The position numbers and the translations under genes were made by a program. A DNA stretch of 64,000 bases from Blastocatellia bacterium (lineage in GTDB: Bacteria > Acidobacteriota > Blastocatellia > UBA7656): the NCBI GenBank assembly GCA_963765495.1, contig CAVXWP010000006.1:96001-160000 (forward strand). Reading direction: 5' to 3'. Shown here piece by piece: positions 8,522 through 19,860 of this stretch (position 1 is its first letter; every line of letters starts with the position of its first letter). The notes beneath the pieces were generated by a model. It ran no database searches and was not told the origin of the DNA. It was given only the letters and a program-made list of their open reading frames with translations.

Positions 8522-10747
8522 ATGATACGAAAGATAAAATATAAAACCTGCCTGGTGTTGATGACCCTGTCGGCTTTGATTGCGCCGCAGGCCCTCTTTT
8601 CAGATACTGGTTTTGCCGCTGACTCAGGAAACCGTCGACACGGATCAGACGAGTATCAATACCCGTTTCAAAATCCGAACCTTTCGATTGAAGAGAGAGT
8701 CGGCAATATCATCTCTTTGATGACGCTGGATGAAAAAATAGCGTGTCTCGGCACGAATCCGAGCGTGCCGCGTCTGGGCATAAAAGGCAGCGGCCACGTT
8801 GAGGGCATTCATGGTCTGGCTCAGGGAGGTCCGGGCAGATGGGGCAGACCCACTGTAATTCCAACCACTACATTTCCGCAGGGGATTGGAATGGCTGAAA
8901 CCTGGGATACGGAAATCCTCAAACAGGCAGGCGCGGTCGAAGGCTTCGAGGCGCGATATATTTTTCAGAGCAGCAAGTACCATCAGGGCGGGTTGGTAAT
9001 AAGAGCGCCAAATGCCGATTTAGCCAGAGATCCGCGATGGGGAAGAACCGAAGAATGTTACGGCGAAGACCCTTATTTCAACGGAACGATGGCCGTGGCT
9101 TTTGTAAAAGGGCTTCAGGGCGACGACGCCCGATACTGGCAGGCGGCTTCGCTCTTAAAGCATTTTCTTGCAAACAGCAATGAAGACGGACGCGAAGGAT
9201 CATCCTCTGATTTCGATGAAAGACTGTTGCGAGAATATTACTCGGTCCCTTTCCGCATGGGCATAGTCGAAGGCGGAGCCCGGGCATTTATGGCCGCATA
9301 CAATGCTTATAACCGAATACCGATGACCGTTCATCCAATCCTGAAAGAGATAGCCGTAAAAGAATGGGGAGAGAACGGCATCATCTGTACCGACGCGGGT
9401 GGAATGAGGCTTATGGTCTCTGACCATAAATACTATCCCGACCTCGAACACGCTGCCGCCGCGTCCATCAAGGCGGGCATCAATCAGTTTTTGGACAGGT
9501 ACCCCGATGCGGTTCGTGGGGCGCTGAAAAATAATCTGCTCGCGGAAGCCGATATCGACGAAGCAATCAAAGGCAATTTCAGAGTTATGATTCACCTTGG
9601 ATTGCTTGACCCGCCGGAGATGGTTCCCTTCTCCAGTATCAAGGGGACCGAAGACCCGTGGCTCGGTGAAAGACATAAGGCGCTCGCCCGGCTTGTTACA
9701 CAAAAATCCATAGTGTTGTTGAAGAACTCAGCGAAATTATTGCCTCTCGCAAAACGGAGTGTGAAATCAATCGCCGTCATTGGCCCGCGCGCAGACAAAG
9801 TTTATCTGGACTGGTACAGCGGGACGCCCCCTTACACGGTTTCACCACTTGAAGGGATAAAGAACAAAGTCGAACCGGACGTTAAGGTGAGCTACGCGGC
9901 GGGCGATGATTACGAAGAGGCGATGGAAATCGCGCGCGGCAGTGATGTGGCTATAGTCTGCGTAGGCAATCATCCGACCGGAGGCGATAATGCCGGATGG
10001 AAGCAGGTTTCTCAGGCGAGCGAAGGGCGTGAAGCTGTTGACAGAAAATCGATAACGCTTGAGCAGGAAGATTTGATAAGGCGGGTGCAAAGGGCGAACC
10101 CGAAGACAATCGTAGTGCTGATCTCCAGTTTCCCTTATGCGATAAACTGGACCAAAGAAAACGTACCGGCCATCATACATATGACTCACAACTCTCAGGA
10201 GGAGGGGAACGCTCTGGCCGATGTATTGTTTGGCGATTACAACCCGGCAGGCAGGCTCGTCCAGACCTGGCCTCGCTCGCTTGATCAATTGCCGCCGATG
10301 ATGGATTACGATATACGCCACGGCAGGACGTATATGTATTTCAAAGGCGAACCGCTTTATCCATTTGGTTATGGTTTGAGCTACACTAACTTTTCATACT
10401 CGCGTCTTCGATCATCCTCGGCTTCTCTAAATCGGGCAGGGTCGATTCTTGTAAGAATGGATGTGAAGAACACCGGGAACCGGGCGGGCGAAGAGGTGAT
10501 TCAGATGTATGTGAAATATCTGAATTCCGCCGTGGAAAGACCCGTGAAAGAGTTGAAAGGTTTTAAACGCATAGCCCTGCGCCCGGGCGAGACAAAAACA
10601 GTCACGCTTGAGTTGAAAGCCGCGCGGCTTGCCTATTGGAACGCGGCCAAAAAGAGCTTTGAGGTTGAAAAAGGCAGGGTTCAAATAATGATCGGAGGCT
10701 CTTCTGCCGATATAAAATTGCGTAAGATAATAAGCGTTTCGCGTTAA
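8522..10747 (+). CDS. GH3 beta-xylosidase/beta-glucosidase with Fn3-like domain, exported
   Basis: RDPRWGRTEECYGEDP, KHFLAN, SIVLLKN, PLYPFGYGLSYT; start chosen before signal peptide. Confidence 0.93.
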   Translation: MIRKIKYKTCLVLMTLSALIAPQALFSDTGFAADSGNRRHGSDEYQYPFQNPNLSIEERVGNIISLMTLDEKIACLGTNPSVPRLGIKGSGHVEGIHGLAQGGPGRWGRPTVIPTTTFPQGIGMAETWDTEILKQAGAVEGFEARYIFQSSKYHQGGLVIRAPNADLARDPRWGRTEECYGEDPYFNGTMAVAFVKGLQGDDARYWQAASLLKHFLANSNEDGREGSSSDFDERLLREYYSVPFRMGIVEGGARAFMAAYNAYNRIPMTVHPILKEIAVKEWGENGIICTDAGGMRLMVSDHKYYPDLEHAAAASIKAGINQFLDRYPDAVRGALKNNLLAEADIDEAIKGNFRVMIHLGLLDPPEMVPFSSIKGTEDPWLGERHKALARLVTQKSIVLLKNSAKLLPLAKRSVKSIAVIGPRADKVYLDWYSGTPPYTVSPLEGIKNKVEPDVKVSYAAGDDYEEAMEIARGSDVAIVCVGNHPTGGDNAGWKQVSQASEGREAVDRKSITLEQEDLIRRVQRANPKTIVVLISSFPYAINWTKENVPAIIHMTHNSQEEGNALADVLFGDYNPAGRLVQTWPRSLDQLPPMMDYDIRHGRTYMYFKGEPLYPFGYGLSYTNFSYSRLRSSSASLNRAGSILVRMDVKNTGNRAGEEVIQMYVKYLNSAVERPVKELKGFKRIALRPGETKTVTLELKAARLAYWNAAKKSFEVEKGRVQIMIGGSSADIKLRKIISVSR

Positions 10748-10835
10748 AAACTCTGCGACTTTTTGCCTTTGCGAACAGCAGGTTCTCGCAAAGACGCGAA
10801 GTAGGCAAAGAATTTTCTGAGAATTGAATGACCTG
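10748..10835. repeat. Periodic palindrome, CGCAAAG family
   Basis: CTTTGCGA...TCGCAAAG arms; shares segments with 23517-23611 and 44643-44696. Confidence 0.6.
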
Positions 10836-10894
10836 AATCAATTGCCTGATTTACAAGCTTTCCTTCGGGCGACCTGTCATGATATATCCACCCT

Positions 10895-11782
10895 ATGAAA
10901 TATTTATCAGGCGTTATGCTCTGTTTGCTCGCTTCATTTGTTCTGGTCTGTTCGACTACTTCCGCCCTTACATCGGAATCGCTCCCGACAGATAAGAACG
11001 CGAGTTTCAAGGGGCCAATAGGGCTTCAGCTTTACAGCCTTCGCGATCAATTTGCAAAGGATGTACCGGCTACGCTCGATCAGGTCAAAAGCTTTGGCAT
11101 TGAATATGTGGAACTGGCCGGCACCTACAACCTCGCGCCTGAGAAATTCAAAGAGATGCTTGACCAGAGAGGGCTGAAACCGATCAGCGGCCATTTCCCC
11201 TATGAAGGGTTTCGCGACCACGTCGAAGACATAGCGCGCGACGCCAAGACACTTGGCCTCGAATATGTCGGCTGCGCCTGGATTCCGCATAAAGATCCTT
11301 TTGATGAGAAGACCTGTCGGGAGGCCATCGCGGTCTTCAATCGCGCGGGCGAAGCTCTACAAAAACACGGCTTGAAATTTTTCTATCACACACACGGTTA
11401 CGAATTTCAGCCCTACGGTAAAGGGACTCTGTTTGACCTGTTGATGGCCGAAACAAAGCCCCAATATGTCCGCTATCAGATGGATGTTTTCTGGATAGTC
11501 CATCCGGGCCGCAACCCTGTGGAGTTGCTCAAGAAATATCCGGGCCGCTTCGAGTTGATGCACGTCAAAGACATGAGAAAGGGAACGCCTACGGGGCTGC
11601 TCACAGGAAATTCGGATGTGAAAAACGACGTGGCGCTCGGCACGGGAATAATGGATTGGCCCGCGATTTTGAAAGCCGCTCAAAAGACCGGTGTGAAATG
11701 GTATTTCATCGAAGATGAATCTCCGACATCGGTTGAGCAAATCCCGCAGAGCCTGCGCTATCTGGAACAGGTGAAATTCTGA
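10895..11782 (+). CDS. Exported sugar phosphate isomerase/epimerase (AP endonuclease 2 TIM barrel)
   Basis: Signal peptide; [30 protein letters not shown] motifs. Confidence 0.9.
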   Translation: MKYLSGVMLCLLASFVLVCSTTSALTSESLPTDKNASFKGPIGLQLYSLRDQFAKDVPATLDQVKSFGIEYVELAGTYNLAPEKFKEMLDQRGLKPISGHFPYEGFRDHVEDIARDAKTLGLEYVGCAWIPHKDPFDEKTCREAIAVFNRAGEALQKHGLKFFYHTHGYEFQPYGKGTLFDLLMAETKPQYVRYQMDVFWIVHPGRNPVELLKKYPGRFELMHVKDMRKGTPTGLLTGNSDVKNDVALGTGIMDWPAILKAAQKTGVKWYFIEDESPTSVEQIPQSLRYLEQVKF

Positions 11783-11862
11783 TGATGCGTGATTCGTGAT
11801 TTAGCAGGTTTGCAAGCTGTCTAAACCTGCGCTCTATCGGATAGTCACGCATCACGCATCAC
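11783..11862. repeat. Heptamer palindrome, CGTGATG/CATCACG family
   Basis: TGATGCGTGATTCGTGA ... TCACGCATCACGCATCAC with inner GCAGGTTT/AAACCTGC hairpin. Confidence 0.7.
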
Positions 11863-11865
11863 TAT

Positions 11866-14274
11866 TCATCTGGCCCCGACGCGAGTGATCCTCCATTTCA
11901 CTTTGCCCCGAAGCGGATCATCTTTCAGACTGGCTCCCCTTTGATCCACGTTTAAGTTGAGCGTCTGGAGGTCTCCATCCGGGAGAGAGAAAAGGCCCGA
12001 AGCCGCCCCCCCGTCCGTACTGTATACGCGCAATTCGATGTCGCTCCAATTCATTTCCGCCGTGTTTTGAGCCACCTCTATGTGAGGGATGACGGAATGA
12101 TTTTTCACAAGCAGGACGACGGGTATTTGCCCGGATGTGATTCGATGCCACGCGGCCCCCTCATACACCTTGCCGGTTTGATAATCGATCCACGAGCCGG
12201 GCGGAAGATAGACATTGCGCTCTCTTGCCTCTTCGATCAAAGGAGCTACGAGGAGGTCTGAGCCGAACATATACTCGTCCTCGATAAACCACGATGTCGG
12301 GTCCTCGGGGTATTCGAAAAAGAGAGTGCGGAGCATCGGATAGCCGTGTGCGGATGAATCTTTTGCCTGAGCGTAGATGTAAGGCATGAGCGAGTACTTG
12401 AGCTCTATCGTGCGGCGATAATCGGCGACCATAGCTTCATCGTACTCCCACGGTTCTCTGGGCGGTGCGCCGTGCGCTCGCGTGTGTGAAGAGAGCGCGC
12501 CGAAGGCAAGCCACCGCAGGTAGAGATCACGCGGGGCCCGGTCTACGAAGCCGCCCGCATCGTGGCTCCAGTAGGTGAACCCCGACAGCCCGAACGAAAG
12601 ACCGCCCCTGAGTTCCGCCGCCATCGCGGAGTTTGTGTTTTCGGCATCGCCTCCCCAGTGCAAAGGGTAACGCTGGCTTCCGGCCCAGGCGCTTCTCGCC
12701 CAGATGATGGAGTCGCCGGTGATCTGTTTGGTGATGTCGGCCACGGTCTTGTTGTAGCGGAGAGGGTAAAGGTTATGTTCGTAGAGCCCTGTGCGCCCTG
12801 ACGCGTAAAGCCCGTTTGCCGGAGCGCCTTCTCCGAAATCCACCTTGATCGCGCCTACGCCCATGCGCAGGAGATTTGCTATCAACCCCTGATAATATTT
12901 CACCGCCTCGGGGTTGCTGAAATCCAGAACCGCATCTTCAAAAGGCAATGTCCCACCCTCGTTGCGCACGACGTAGCCCTTTTCGACTGCCTCCTTGTAA
13001 ATCTCGTTCTTGCTGCTGAAGTAAGGATATTGCCAGAGGCTTATGTGGAACCCCTCTTTCTTCAGATCGGCGATCATTTTGGCCGGGTCGCGGAAGCGCG
13101 AAGTCGAGAACTTATAATTGCTCCGCCAATCGGTCTCGAACCAGCCCGTGTCCAGATGTATGACATCGCTCGGAATCCGATATTGACGGAGTTTGGCCGC
13201 AACATCGCGGACTTCATCTTCCGACTTATAGGTAATCCGGCTCATCCAGAAACCAAAGGACCAGAGCGGCGGGACGGGACTGCGTCCTGTCAGGGCCGTG
13301 TACTCCGTGAGAATCTCTTTCGGGTCGCCGAGAAAGATAAACAGATCGAGGTTTTCATCCCCGGTGTATATGACATTGTGTTGATCAAATGTCTGCCCGA
13401 AATCGAAGGTTACGGGCGTGCTTGTGTGAACAAACATGCCGTAGCCGTTGCTGCTCATGAAGAATGGTATAGGCTTGTACATCCATTCATTCTGCACCCC
13501 CATCGCGTCTCTTGTATAAGCGACGATCTTTTGCCCGCGCTTGTTTAAGCGTGTGAATGATTCACCGCAACCGAAGATTTTTTCATCGGGCGATAGCTGA
13601 AAAGTGGCGGCCGTGCTTCGGCCCAGATCGCTTGCGCGGCGAATGAAGGAAAAAGGGATGGATGTGAAATATGTATGCGGGTCGCTAAGGTTTTGCGTGC
13701 GTGTCAACAGTCTTCCCTGGCTGTCGTAAAACTCTACGTGCCAGGGATTCTTGATAAGACGGACTTTGCCGTAGGCGCTCGTGTAGGTGACGGCCTCGTC
13801 GGTCTGTTCCATCTTCCACGAATTATCTTTTGGCACGGGACCGGCAAGCATAAGCGAAGGCGTTTCGCTTATAGGCTCGGAGCGAGTCGTAAACCGCAGC
13901 CGCACCGTGCGGGGACTTACAAAGGTTATTGAAAACGGCAGCGCCGGGTTTTCATCATACTCGGTCGAAGGGAATTCCGTGGACCTGCCTCTGGATAGCC
14001 CTATATCAATCTTGTTGAATGACAGAGTGGTCTGGCGCAGGTATCTTGCCCATTCTAGCGTGCCCGAGCCCGTGGCCGGATCGAAATTCATCACTCGATT
14101 CCCAACGAAATAGACCTGCTCCATCTTCTGAAAGTCCCGGCTGACATCTACCGGATCGCCAAGCACCTGAGCCTGACTGTTGCCGCTGAAAAAAAGGATT
14201 ATAAGGAGCAGCCCCGAAATACTTCCACTGCCGATCAGGCTACGATATTTATCAAGGCGAGATTTTAATACCAT
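11866..14274 (-). CDS. GH31 alpha-xylosidase-like glycosidase, exported
   Basis: IKVDFGE nucleophile motif, WGGD acid/base, WSHDAGGF, N-terminal hydrophobic segment. Confidence 0.92.
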   Translation of the reverse strand: MVLKSRLDKYRSLIGSGSISGLLLIILFFSGNSQAQVLGDPVDVSRDFQKMEQVYFVGNRVMNFDPATGSGTLEWARYLRQTTLSFNKIDIGLSRGRSTEFPSTEYDENPALPFSITFVSPRTVRLRFTTRSEPISETPSLMLAGPVPKDNSWKMEQTDEAVTYTSAYGKVRLIKNPWHVEFYDSQGRLLTRTQNLSDPHTYFTSIPFSFIRRASDLGRSTAATFQLSPDEKIFGCGESFTRLNKRGQKIVAYTRDAMGVQNEWMYKPIPFFMSSNGYGMFVHTSTPVTFDFGQTFDQHNVIYTGDENLDLFIFLGDPKEILTEYTALTGRSPVPPLWSFGFWMSRITYKSEDEVRDVAAKLRQYRIPSDVIHLDTGWFETDWRSNYKFSTSRFRDPAKMIADLKKEGFHISLWQYPYFSSKNEIYKEAVEKGYVVRNEGGTLPFEDAVLDFSNPEAVKYYQGLIANLLRMGVGAIKVDFGEGAPANGLYASGRTGLYEHNLYPLRYNKTVADITKQITGDSIIWARSAWAGSQRYPLHWGGDAENTNSAMAAELRGGLSFGLSGFTYWSHDAGGFVDRAPRDLYLRWLAFGALSSHTRAHGAPPREPWEYDEAMVADYRRTIELKYSLMPYIYAQAKDSSAHGYPMLRTLFFEYPEDPTSWFIEDEYMFGSDLLVAPLIEEARERNVYLPPGSWIDYQTGKVYEGAAWHRITSGQIPVVLLVKNHSVIPHIEVAQNTAEMNWSDIELRVYSTDGGAASGLFSLPDGDLQTLNLNVDQRGASLKDDPLRGKVKWRITRVGAR

Positions 14275-14481
14275 TTATCCTCCAATTCTTTTGGGGGTAT
14301 CCCACACGCAAGCCACAAATATACGGGCTTTCGCGGATCGTTTCAGGCGATGCGTCTTTCTTGCTGGCAATCTTTTCGTCCTGATTCCTAAAGCGACCCA
14401 AGCAGTGTGGGCATCATATTCATATCCCGGAATCAATTCAAGAGGAAGGAGATAAAACGGGTAAAAAATGGCGGAAGAATC

Positions 14482-15828
14482 TTACTCTTCTTTAAATCGA
14501 AGTTCGTGGACGGTGAGAAGCGAAATCGTAGTGGGGATGCCGTTATCAACAGCAACCCGCAGAAGCGCCTGATAGTATTTCGGTGGACCTGACGAGTCGG
14601 CTATCTGGCGCAATCTTTCATTGATGTTCTTCAGGTAATCAGCGCTTGTGATATATTCGGCTGCGGCTTCTGTGCCTTCGCTGTGTATGCCCGCAAGGAT
14701 CATGACGGTGTTTTTATAAAAGATATTAGGCTTTATGGCGATCAGCCCGTAATCCTCTATCAGTTTGCCTGAGCCGTCGAATTTCGGTCTGTATTCGTGT
14801 TCCTCGCCCGGCAGCGGATTGTTGTTTACTATCGTTGCGTCGGATGTATAGCTGAAATCTTCCTTGATCGGCAGTTTGCCTGACCACTCGTTCACCCAGA
14901 CGCTCCCAAGAAGTATGACATTATGATTCTTTAGGTCTTCGGGACTTACGGTTCGGCTTTGCTTCAGGAGCGGGCTGCGACCTGCCTTGCGAAATGTATC
15001 CGTTATCCGCGCAAGGCCAATGGCTTCTCCCATCCCCGTGTATTCGTCCGTGCATAGGATGAGGCGGCCCAGACTGTGCTGGATCATGAATTTGTCTCCA
15101 ACCGCTTCGTTCAGATGCTTTATATTCTCAGGAGACAGGGCGATAGATTTTTGGAGCAGCACATCCGAATCCATCGGATTTATGAACCGATATACCGTAG
15201 GATTGCTCAATATCAAAAGCGTCTGGTCACTGTCTTTTAGAAAAGGCTCCCAGACGAGACCGAAATCTTCGGGAGGGGTCTGAGATGGGAATTCGCGAAT
15301 CTGCTGGCGCAGGCTCCGGTTCGATACGGCCAGCAACGTTGATAAGATTGCAAGCAATACGATCACCGAGGCTAAAGCAATAATCCACTTTCGATCCTTT
15401 GTTGGTTCAGCGGAAATTTCTTTACCCGGCAGAGATGCCATCTGCCGGGTAATATCGGTCTCTTTTTCAGCGAGAGGACCTGAATCCTCGCTTTCCGCGA
15501 GATAGGAAAAGACGGGATTGTAGTGGCCTTTGGGAAGGTCTATGAGTATCCTGTCGGCTTTGCCTTCCGTAGCATAATAATTCTCAAGCTTTGCCCGAAG
15601 ACGCTTCGCCTGTACACGCACCACCGAGTCGCTCCGAGGGCTAAATCTGTCAGTCCGTCCAAAGACTTCTGTGGCGATGGTGTATTCTTTTACGGCATCT
15701 TCCGGCTCGTCCACAGACTTGAGAACAACATATCGAAGGAAAGACTTCAGATTCTCCGATCCCTCCAGAGCGCGACTCTGAAGTATACGCTCAAGCTGAG
15801 CTAACTTGGCTTCCCTCTCCGGTTCCAT
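14482..15828 (-). CDS. Membrane-anchored one-component regulator (acidobacterial N-terminal wHTH-like domain, TM helix, periplasmic domain)
   Basis: EYTIATEVFGR...VVRVQAKRLRAKLENYY...IDLPKGHYNP, then one TM; divergent from TBDR. Confidence 0.75.
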   Translation of the reverse strand: MEPEREAKLAQLERILQSRALEGSENLKSFLRYVVLKSVDEPEDAVKEYTIATEVFGRTDRFSPRSDSVVRVQAKRLRAKLENYYATEGKADRILIDLPKGHYNPVFSYLAESEDSGPLAEKETDITRQMASLPGKEISAEPTKDRKWIIALASVIVLLAILSTLLAVSNRSLRQQIREFPSQTPPEDFGLVWEPFLKDSDQTLLILSNPTVYRFINPMDSDVLLQKSIALSPENIKHLNEAVGDKFMIQHSLGRLILCTDEYTGMGEAIGLARITDTFRKAGRSPLLKQSRTVSPEDLKNHNVILLGSVWVNEWSGKLPIKEDFSYTSDATIVNNNPLPGEEHEYRPKFDGSGKLIEDYGLIAIKPNIFYKNTVMILAGIHSEGTEAAAEYITSADYLKNINERLRQIADSSGPPKYYQALLRVAVDNGIPTTISLLTVHELRFKEE

Positions 15829-16103
15829 AGCCTCTTCTGATGTTATCTTTGCGTTTAACACTCTATTTAACAGGGATAAATTAAGTCAGGGCAGTCTTTA
15901 AACCCGCAACCCCATTATACACCTATTAACTTCCATGACAAGCCCATTTAAGGTATACTCTGGACCATCTTTTTAGGCTTGCAGTAATAGCATCTATAGA
16001 TATACTAGGTGACAACGACGTTAGCGGTTGAGGGGGAGTATACTCGGCCTGCTAGCACTTTGTTTTTTTTCTATTTTTCCGCTCAAAGCTTTGGAGGAGA
16101 ACT

Positions 16104-19100
16104 ATGAGGACACCAATGCACAAAATGCACAAACGAGTGCCCTTGTTTGGAGCGCTTAAAACGTGCCTCCTATTAGCAAGGGGATCGTTGACATTGCTGT
16201 TTCCCATTGTAATGGTGCTTCTGGTTGCGGCGTCAGCTCTCGCTCAGTCGTCAGGCAGTGCGACACTGAGGGGAAGGGTCACCGACCCGACTGGCGCGGT
16301 AGTCGGAAAGCTCGATGTTACTTTGGTGAACGAAGCGTCAAAGGACGAACGCAAGTCCAAGACAAACGACGAAGGTATTTACACCTTCAGCTCCGTGCCT
16401 CCCGGCATCTATACGGTGAAGGTGGAGGGCAGCGGGTTTAAGACGACCGAGCAGACGGGCATCAATTTAAGCCCGTCCGATACTCGCAGCGTCGACATCA
16501 CGCTGGAGATCGGCGAGATGGGCGAAACCGTCACGGTCATGGCTGCGCCTGAGCAGCTTCAAACCGAGACGGGAGCCAAGGAGAATACGATCACGGCAAA
16601 GCAGATTGACAACCTGTCGATCATCAGCCGCAGTTCAATCGAATTGTTGCGAATTCTCCCCGGCGTGGTCGCGCCGGATCAGGACCAGCTCGAAAGCGTC
16701 GGCTTTGTTTCAGGCGCAAATTCCAGCAACAACTACCACGTGAACGGGCTGAGGGGCGAGCAAAATGTCATTACGATTGACGGCTCGCGGATGATGGATA
16801 TTGGCGCAAACAATGGAAGCATCATAACTGCCAATCCTGACCTGGTACAGGAAGTAAAGGTTCAGACCAGCAATTACGCGGCTGAACACGGCACGAGCGC
16901 CGTACAGATAAGCGCAACGACGAAGGGCGGAAGCAGTGGTTTTCACGGCTCGCTCTACGATTACATGCGCGACCATCGCTTCGGTGCCAATGACAGGTCA
17001 AACAGCATCAACGGTATTGATAAGCCGAAGAGCCAGTACAACTATCCCGGCGGAAACATCGGGGGGCCAGTTATACTCCCCTGGACCAAGTTCAACCGCA
17101 ATCGGGATAAACTCTTTTTCTTTGTAGGCTATGAATATTATTATCAGCGTGTTGATGAAGGCTCGTCCTTAAGCGTCGTGCCCACCCTGAAACAGCGTGA
17201 AGGCGACTTCAGCGAGTTGCTTTCCGGCGGGGGAGCGAATCTGAACCAGGGGCCAACGGTCAATGTTCCGGTCGGGTGTACGGTAAACGGAGTTGGCGGA
17301 AACAACCCGGCGCCGAACAACAACATCGCGCCCTGTGCCGATCCTCTAGGCAAGACCCTGCTCGGTTTATTCCCGGCGCCGAACTTCAGCGATCCCAACA
17401 ACCGCTTCAATTATGTTTACAGCGTGCTCAGACCGAACGACAGAAACCAGTTCGTCTCGCGCGTTGACTATAGCATAAGCGACAGGACCAAACTCTATGT
17501 GCGTTTAGCGCGTGAGTATGAAGAGCAGGGATTCCCGCGCGGGCTCTGGTGGGATTCATCAAACTATGAAATCCCCGGCGACCTCCAGAGTAAAAATCTC
17601 GGACGTTCCGTCGTTGTCAACCTGACAAACATAGTCAGCCCGACTATGACAAACGAGATTCTGTTTAGCGCAAGCAAGCTGAAGCTCAATTATGATTTCG
17701 CAGACCCCGACAAAGTATCATACGATGCGTTGGGGCTGCAGAAGGTAGGCTTCTTCCCCGGCTCCAATCCCTATCTTCCGATAGGTGTTATTGACGCATG
17801 GGGCGGCGGAATTGGCGGCAACCTGCTTACCGCCTTTGGTTATCCGATTCTCGCCTGGAATGACAGCTTTGCCATCACGGATAATCTGACAAAGGTCTAC
17901 AACACGCACACGATGAAGTTTGGTGCGTTTATCGAACAGGCGAACAAGAGACAGCAGTCCAACCACGACACCGACATAGTGCTCGGGCAGTGGGGCCAGT
18001 CAAACGCCACCGGCAACAATTACGGCGATCTGTTTGTTGGGCGTCCGCTTGAGTTTACTCAATCGACGGATCGTCCGATAGACAACTTCCGTTACTACAA
18101 CTATGAGTTTTACGGTCAGGACAGCTGGAAAATCCGCCCGAACTTTACGCTTGAATACGGGCTGCGCATAGCGTATCTGCCCCAGAACTTCGAGCGAAAG
18201 GGTCTGGGCGTCCTCTTCGATCCGAATAAATACGATCCCAGCCAGGGAGTCTTCCTCAATGGCGACATCACCAAGCCAAACGGCTTTTTGCTGGCCGCCA
18301 GAGATGAAATTCCCAAGGGAGTGCTTCCCAACCCGGGTATAGCCTGGATGCCGCGTTTGAATTTCGCATGGGATGTTGGAGGCAAGGGTGACCTTGTCGT
18401 CCGTGCCGGCGCGGGCGTTTTCTATAACCGCGTGCAGGGCAACTATGACTACTACTCCAGCGGCCAGTTGCCAAACACCTATAGCGCTACGGTTGATACA
18501 CCGTGGGCATCGGCTACGGGTCTTACCTTCAGTGATCTGAGTAATGTTGATCCGTTCAGCATCATTCAGGGCGCTGCAATCAACGTTCAGTCTCGTGATG
18601 TCAACTCAAACGACCTTCCGAGAACTGCAAACATGAGTCTGACGATAGAGAAGAGACTGCCGGGCGGCAATCTCTTTACAGTGGCCTATGTCGGCACGCA
18701 GGGTCGTCATCTGCCGCAACAACGATCCATAAACATAGTGCCCGAAGGGGCGCTGCTTAGTGGAGTTGTAGGAAACTCGAACCTCTCCATCCCTGTAAAT
18801 CGGGCTGGTCTTGATGCCGCCGCGCTCAAGCCGTTCAGGCCGTTCCCGGCCTTTAACACGGTGAACGTTTTTCAGTTCACTGGAACTTCGACCTATCATT
18901 CTCTACAGGCAACCCTGAGCCATCAGTCCGGGAAGAACCTGCAGTACTTTGCCACATACACCTTTGCCAAGGCTCTCGGGACCGTAGCTACAAACGAAAG
19001 CGACGGATCAGCGTTTGCCGATCCGATAGACACGCGTGGCAGAAGCTGGGGCGTGTTGCCGTTTGATCGCACCCACGTTTTCAACCTGTCATATAACTAC

Positions 19101-19784
19101 AACCTGCCGAAACTGGCACGAGGGATGCTCGATAATGCTGTCCTCAGGGGGGTCCTTAACGGATGGCAGATGTCCGGCATTACGACTTTCCAGAGTGGCA
19201 ACCCGATTCGCCTGAGATTCAGCGGAGACCTGGCAGGAACCGGACAGGCACTGGCCTGGTTTGGCACAGACGCTTTCAATACTCAAGGCCAGAGCGTTGG
19301 CGCTATCACGCCGGTCTACACGGGGAATCCTACGGTCAGCAACGGCACTGGCGTTGGAAACAAGGTTCTCGATATCGGGAAGCTACAGATTCCATCGTTC
19401 AACAGCACCGGTCCTTCTCAACCACCGTTCTACATAAGGACTCCGAGTCGCAGCAACTTCGATGTCTCGTTCTTCAAGAATTTCGAGATCAGCGAGTCTA
19501 AGAAGATTCAATTCAGAACAGGTTTCTTCAACCTGTTCAATCAGGCCTATCCGGTGAGGATAAGTGTCACGGATCCTAATGCCAGTGATATTTACCTGAA
19601 CCTCAACACCACTTGTAACCGGAGAGTAGATAACGTTCCAAATGGTGTTGGCGGAACCATGAGCGGCGTGTGCGATCCCACTGGCGGTTTCAGCTTTACA
19701 CAGGAAACCCTCGATAAGTTTGGGACAATCACAAACAAGCATGGTCGCCGCATTGTTGAGTTTGCATTGAAGTTCTACTTCTAA
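16104..19784 (+). CDS. Oar-like TonB-dependent receptor with carboxypeptidase-regulatory-like N-domain
   Basis: 1226 aa; signal peptide; EVKVQTSNYAAEHG plug motif; C-terminal FALKFYF beta-signal. Confidence 0.93.
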   Translation: MRTPMHKMHKRVPLFGALKTCLLLARGSLTLLFPIVMVLLVAASALAQSSGSATLRGRVTDPTGAVVGKLDVTLVNEASKDERKSKTNDEGIYTFSSVPPGIYTVKVEGSGFKTTEQTGINLSPSDTRSVDITLEIGEMGETVTVMAAPEQLQTETGAKENTITAKQIDNLSIISRSSIELLRILPGVVAPDQDQLESVGFVSGANSSNNYHVNGLRGEQNVITIDGSRMMDIGANNGSIITANPDLVQEVKVQTSNYAAEHGTSAVQISATTKGGSSGFHGSLYDYMRDHRFGANDRSNSINGIDKPKSQYNYPGGNIGGPVILPWTKFNRNRDKLFFFVGYEYYYQRVDEGSSLSVVPTLKQREGDFSELLSGGGANLNQGPTVNVPVGCTVNGVGGNNPAPNNNIAPCADPLGKTLLGLFPAPNFSDPNNRFNYVYSVLRPNDRNQFVSRVDYSISDRTKLYVRLAREYEEQGFPRGLWWDSSNYEIPGDLQSKNLGRSVVVNLTNIVSPTMTNEILFSASKLKLNYDFADPDKVSYDALGLQKVGFFPGSNPYLPIGVIDAWGGGIGGNLLTAFGYPILAWNDSFAITDNLTKVYNTHTMKFGAFIEQANKRQQSNHDTDIVLGQWGQSNATGNNYGDLFVGRPLEFTQSTDRPIDNFRYYNYEFYGQDSWKIRPNFTLEYGLRIAYLPQNFERKGLGVLFDPNKYDPSQGVFLNGDITKPNGFLLAARDEIPKGVLPNPGIAWMPRLNFAWDVGGKGDLVVRAGAGVFYNRVQGNYDYYSSGQLPNTYSATVDTPWASATGLTFSDLSNVDPFSIIQGAAINVQSRDVNSNDLPRTANMSLTIEKRLPGGNLFTVAYVGTQGRHLPQQRSINIVPEGALLSGVVGNSNLSIPVNRAGLDAAALKPFRPFPAFNTVNVFQFTGTSTYHSLQATLSHQSGKNLQYFATYTFAKALGTVATNESDGSAFADPIDTRGRSWGVLPFDRTHVFNLSYNYNLPKLARGMLDNAVLRGVLNGWQMSGITTFQSGNPIRLRFSGDLAGTGQALAWFGTDAFNTQGQSVGAITPVYTGNPTVSNGTGVGNKVLDIGKLQIPSFNSTGPSQPPFYIRTPSRSNFDVSFFKNFEISESKKIQFRTGFFNLFNQAYPVRISVTDPNASDIYLNLNTTCNRRVDNVPNGVGGTMSGVCDPTGGFSFTQETLDKFGTITNKHGRRIVEFALKFYF

Positions 19785-19815
19785 GCAACTCGACAAGGCA
19801 TGGCCAATATGACAA

Positions 19816-19860
19816 GGCGGCGCGGGGGGCGAGAAATCGCTGCTCGCGCCGTTTCTCTTT
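19816..19860 (+). terminator. Intrinsic terminator after TBDR
   Basis: GC-rich stem GCGGCGCG...GCGA-GAAA-TCGC...CGCGCCGT followed by TTTCTCTTT. Confidence 0.6.
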
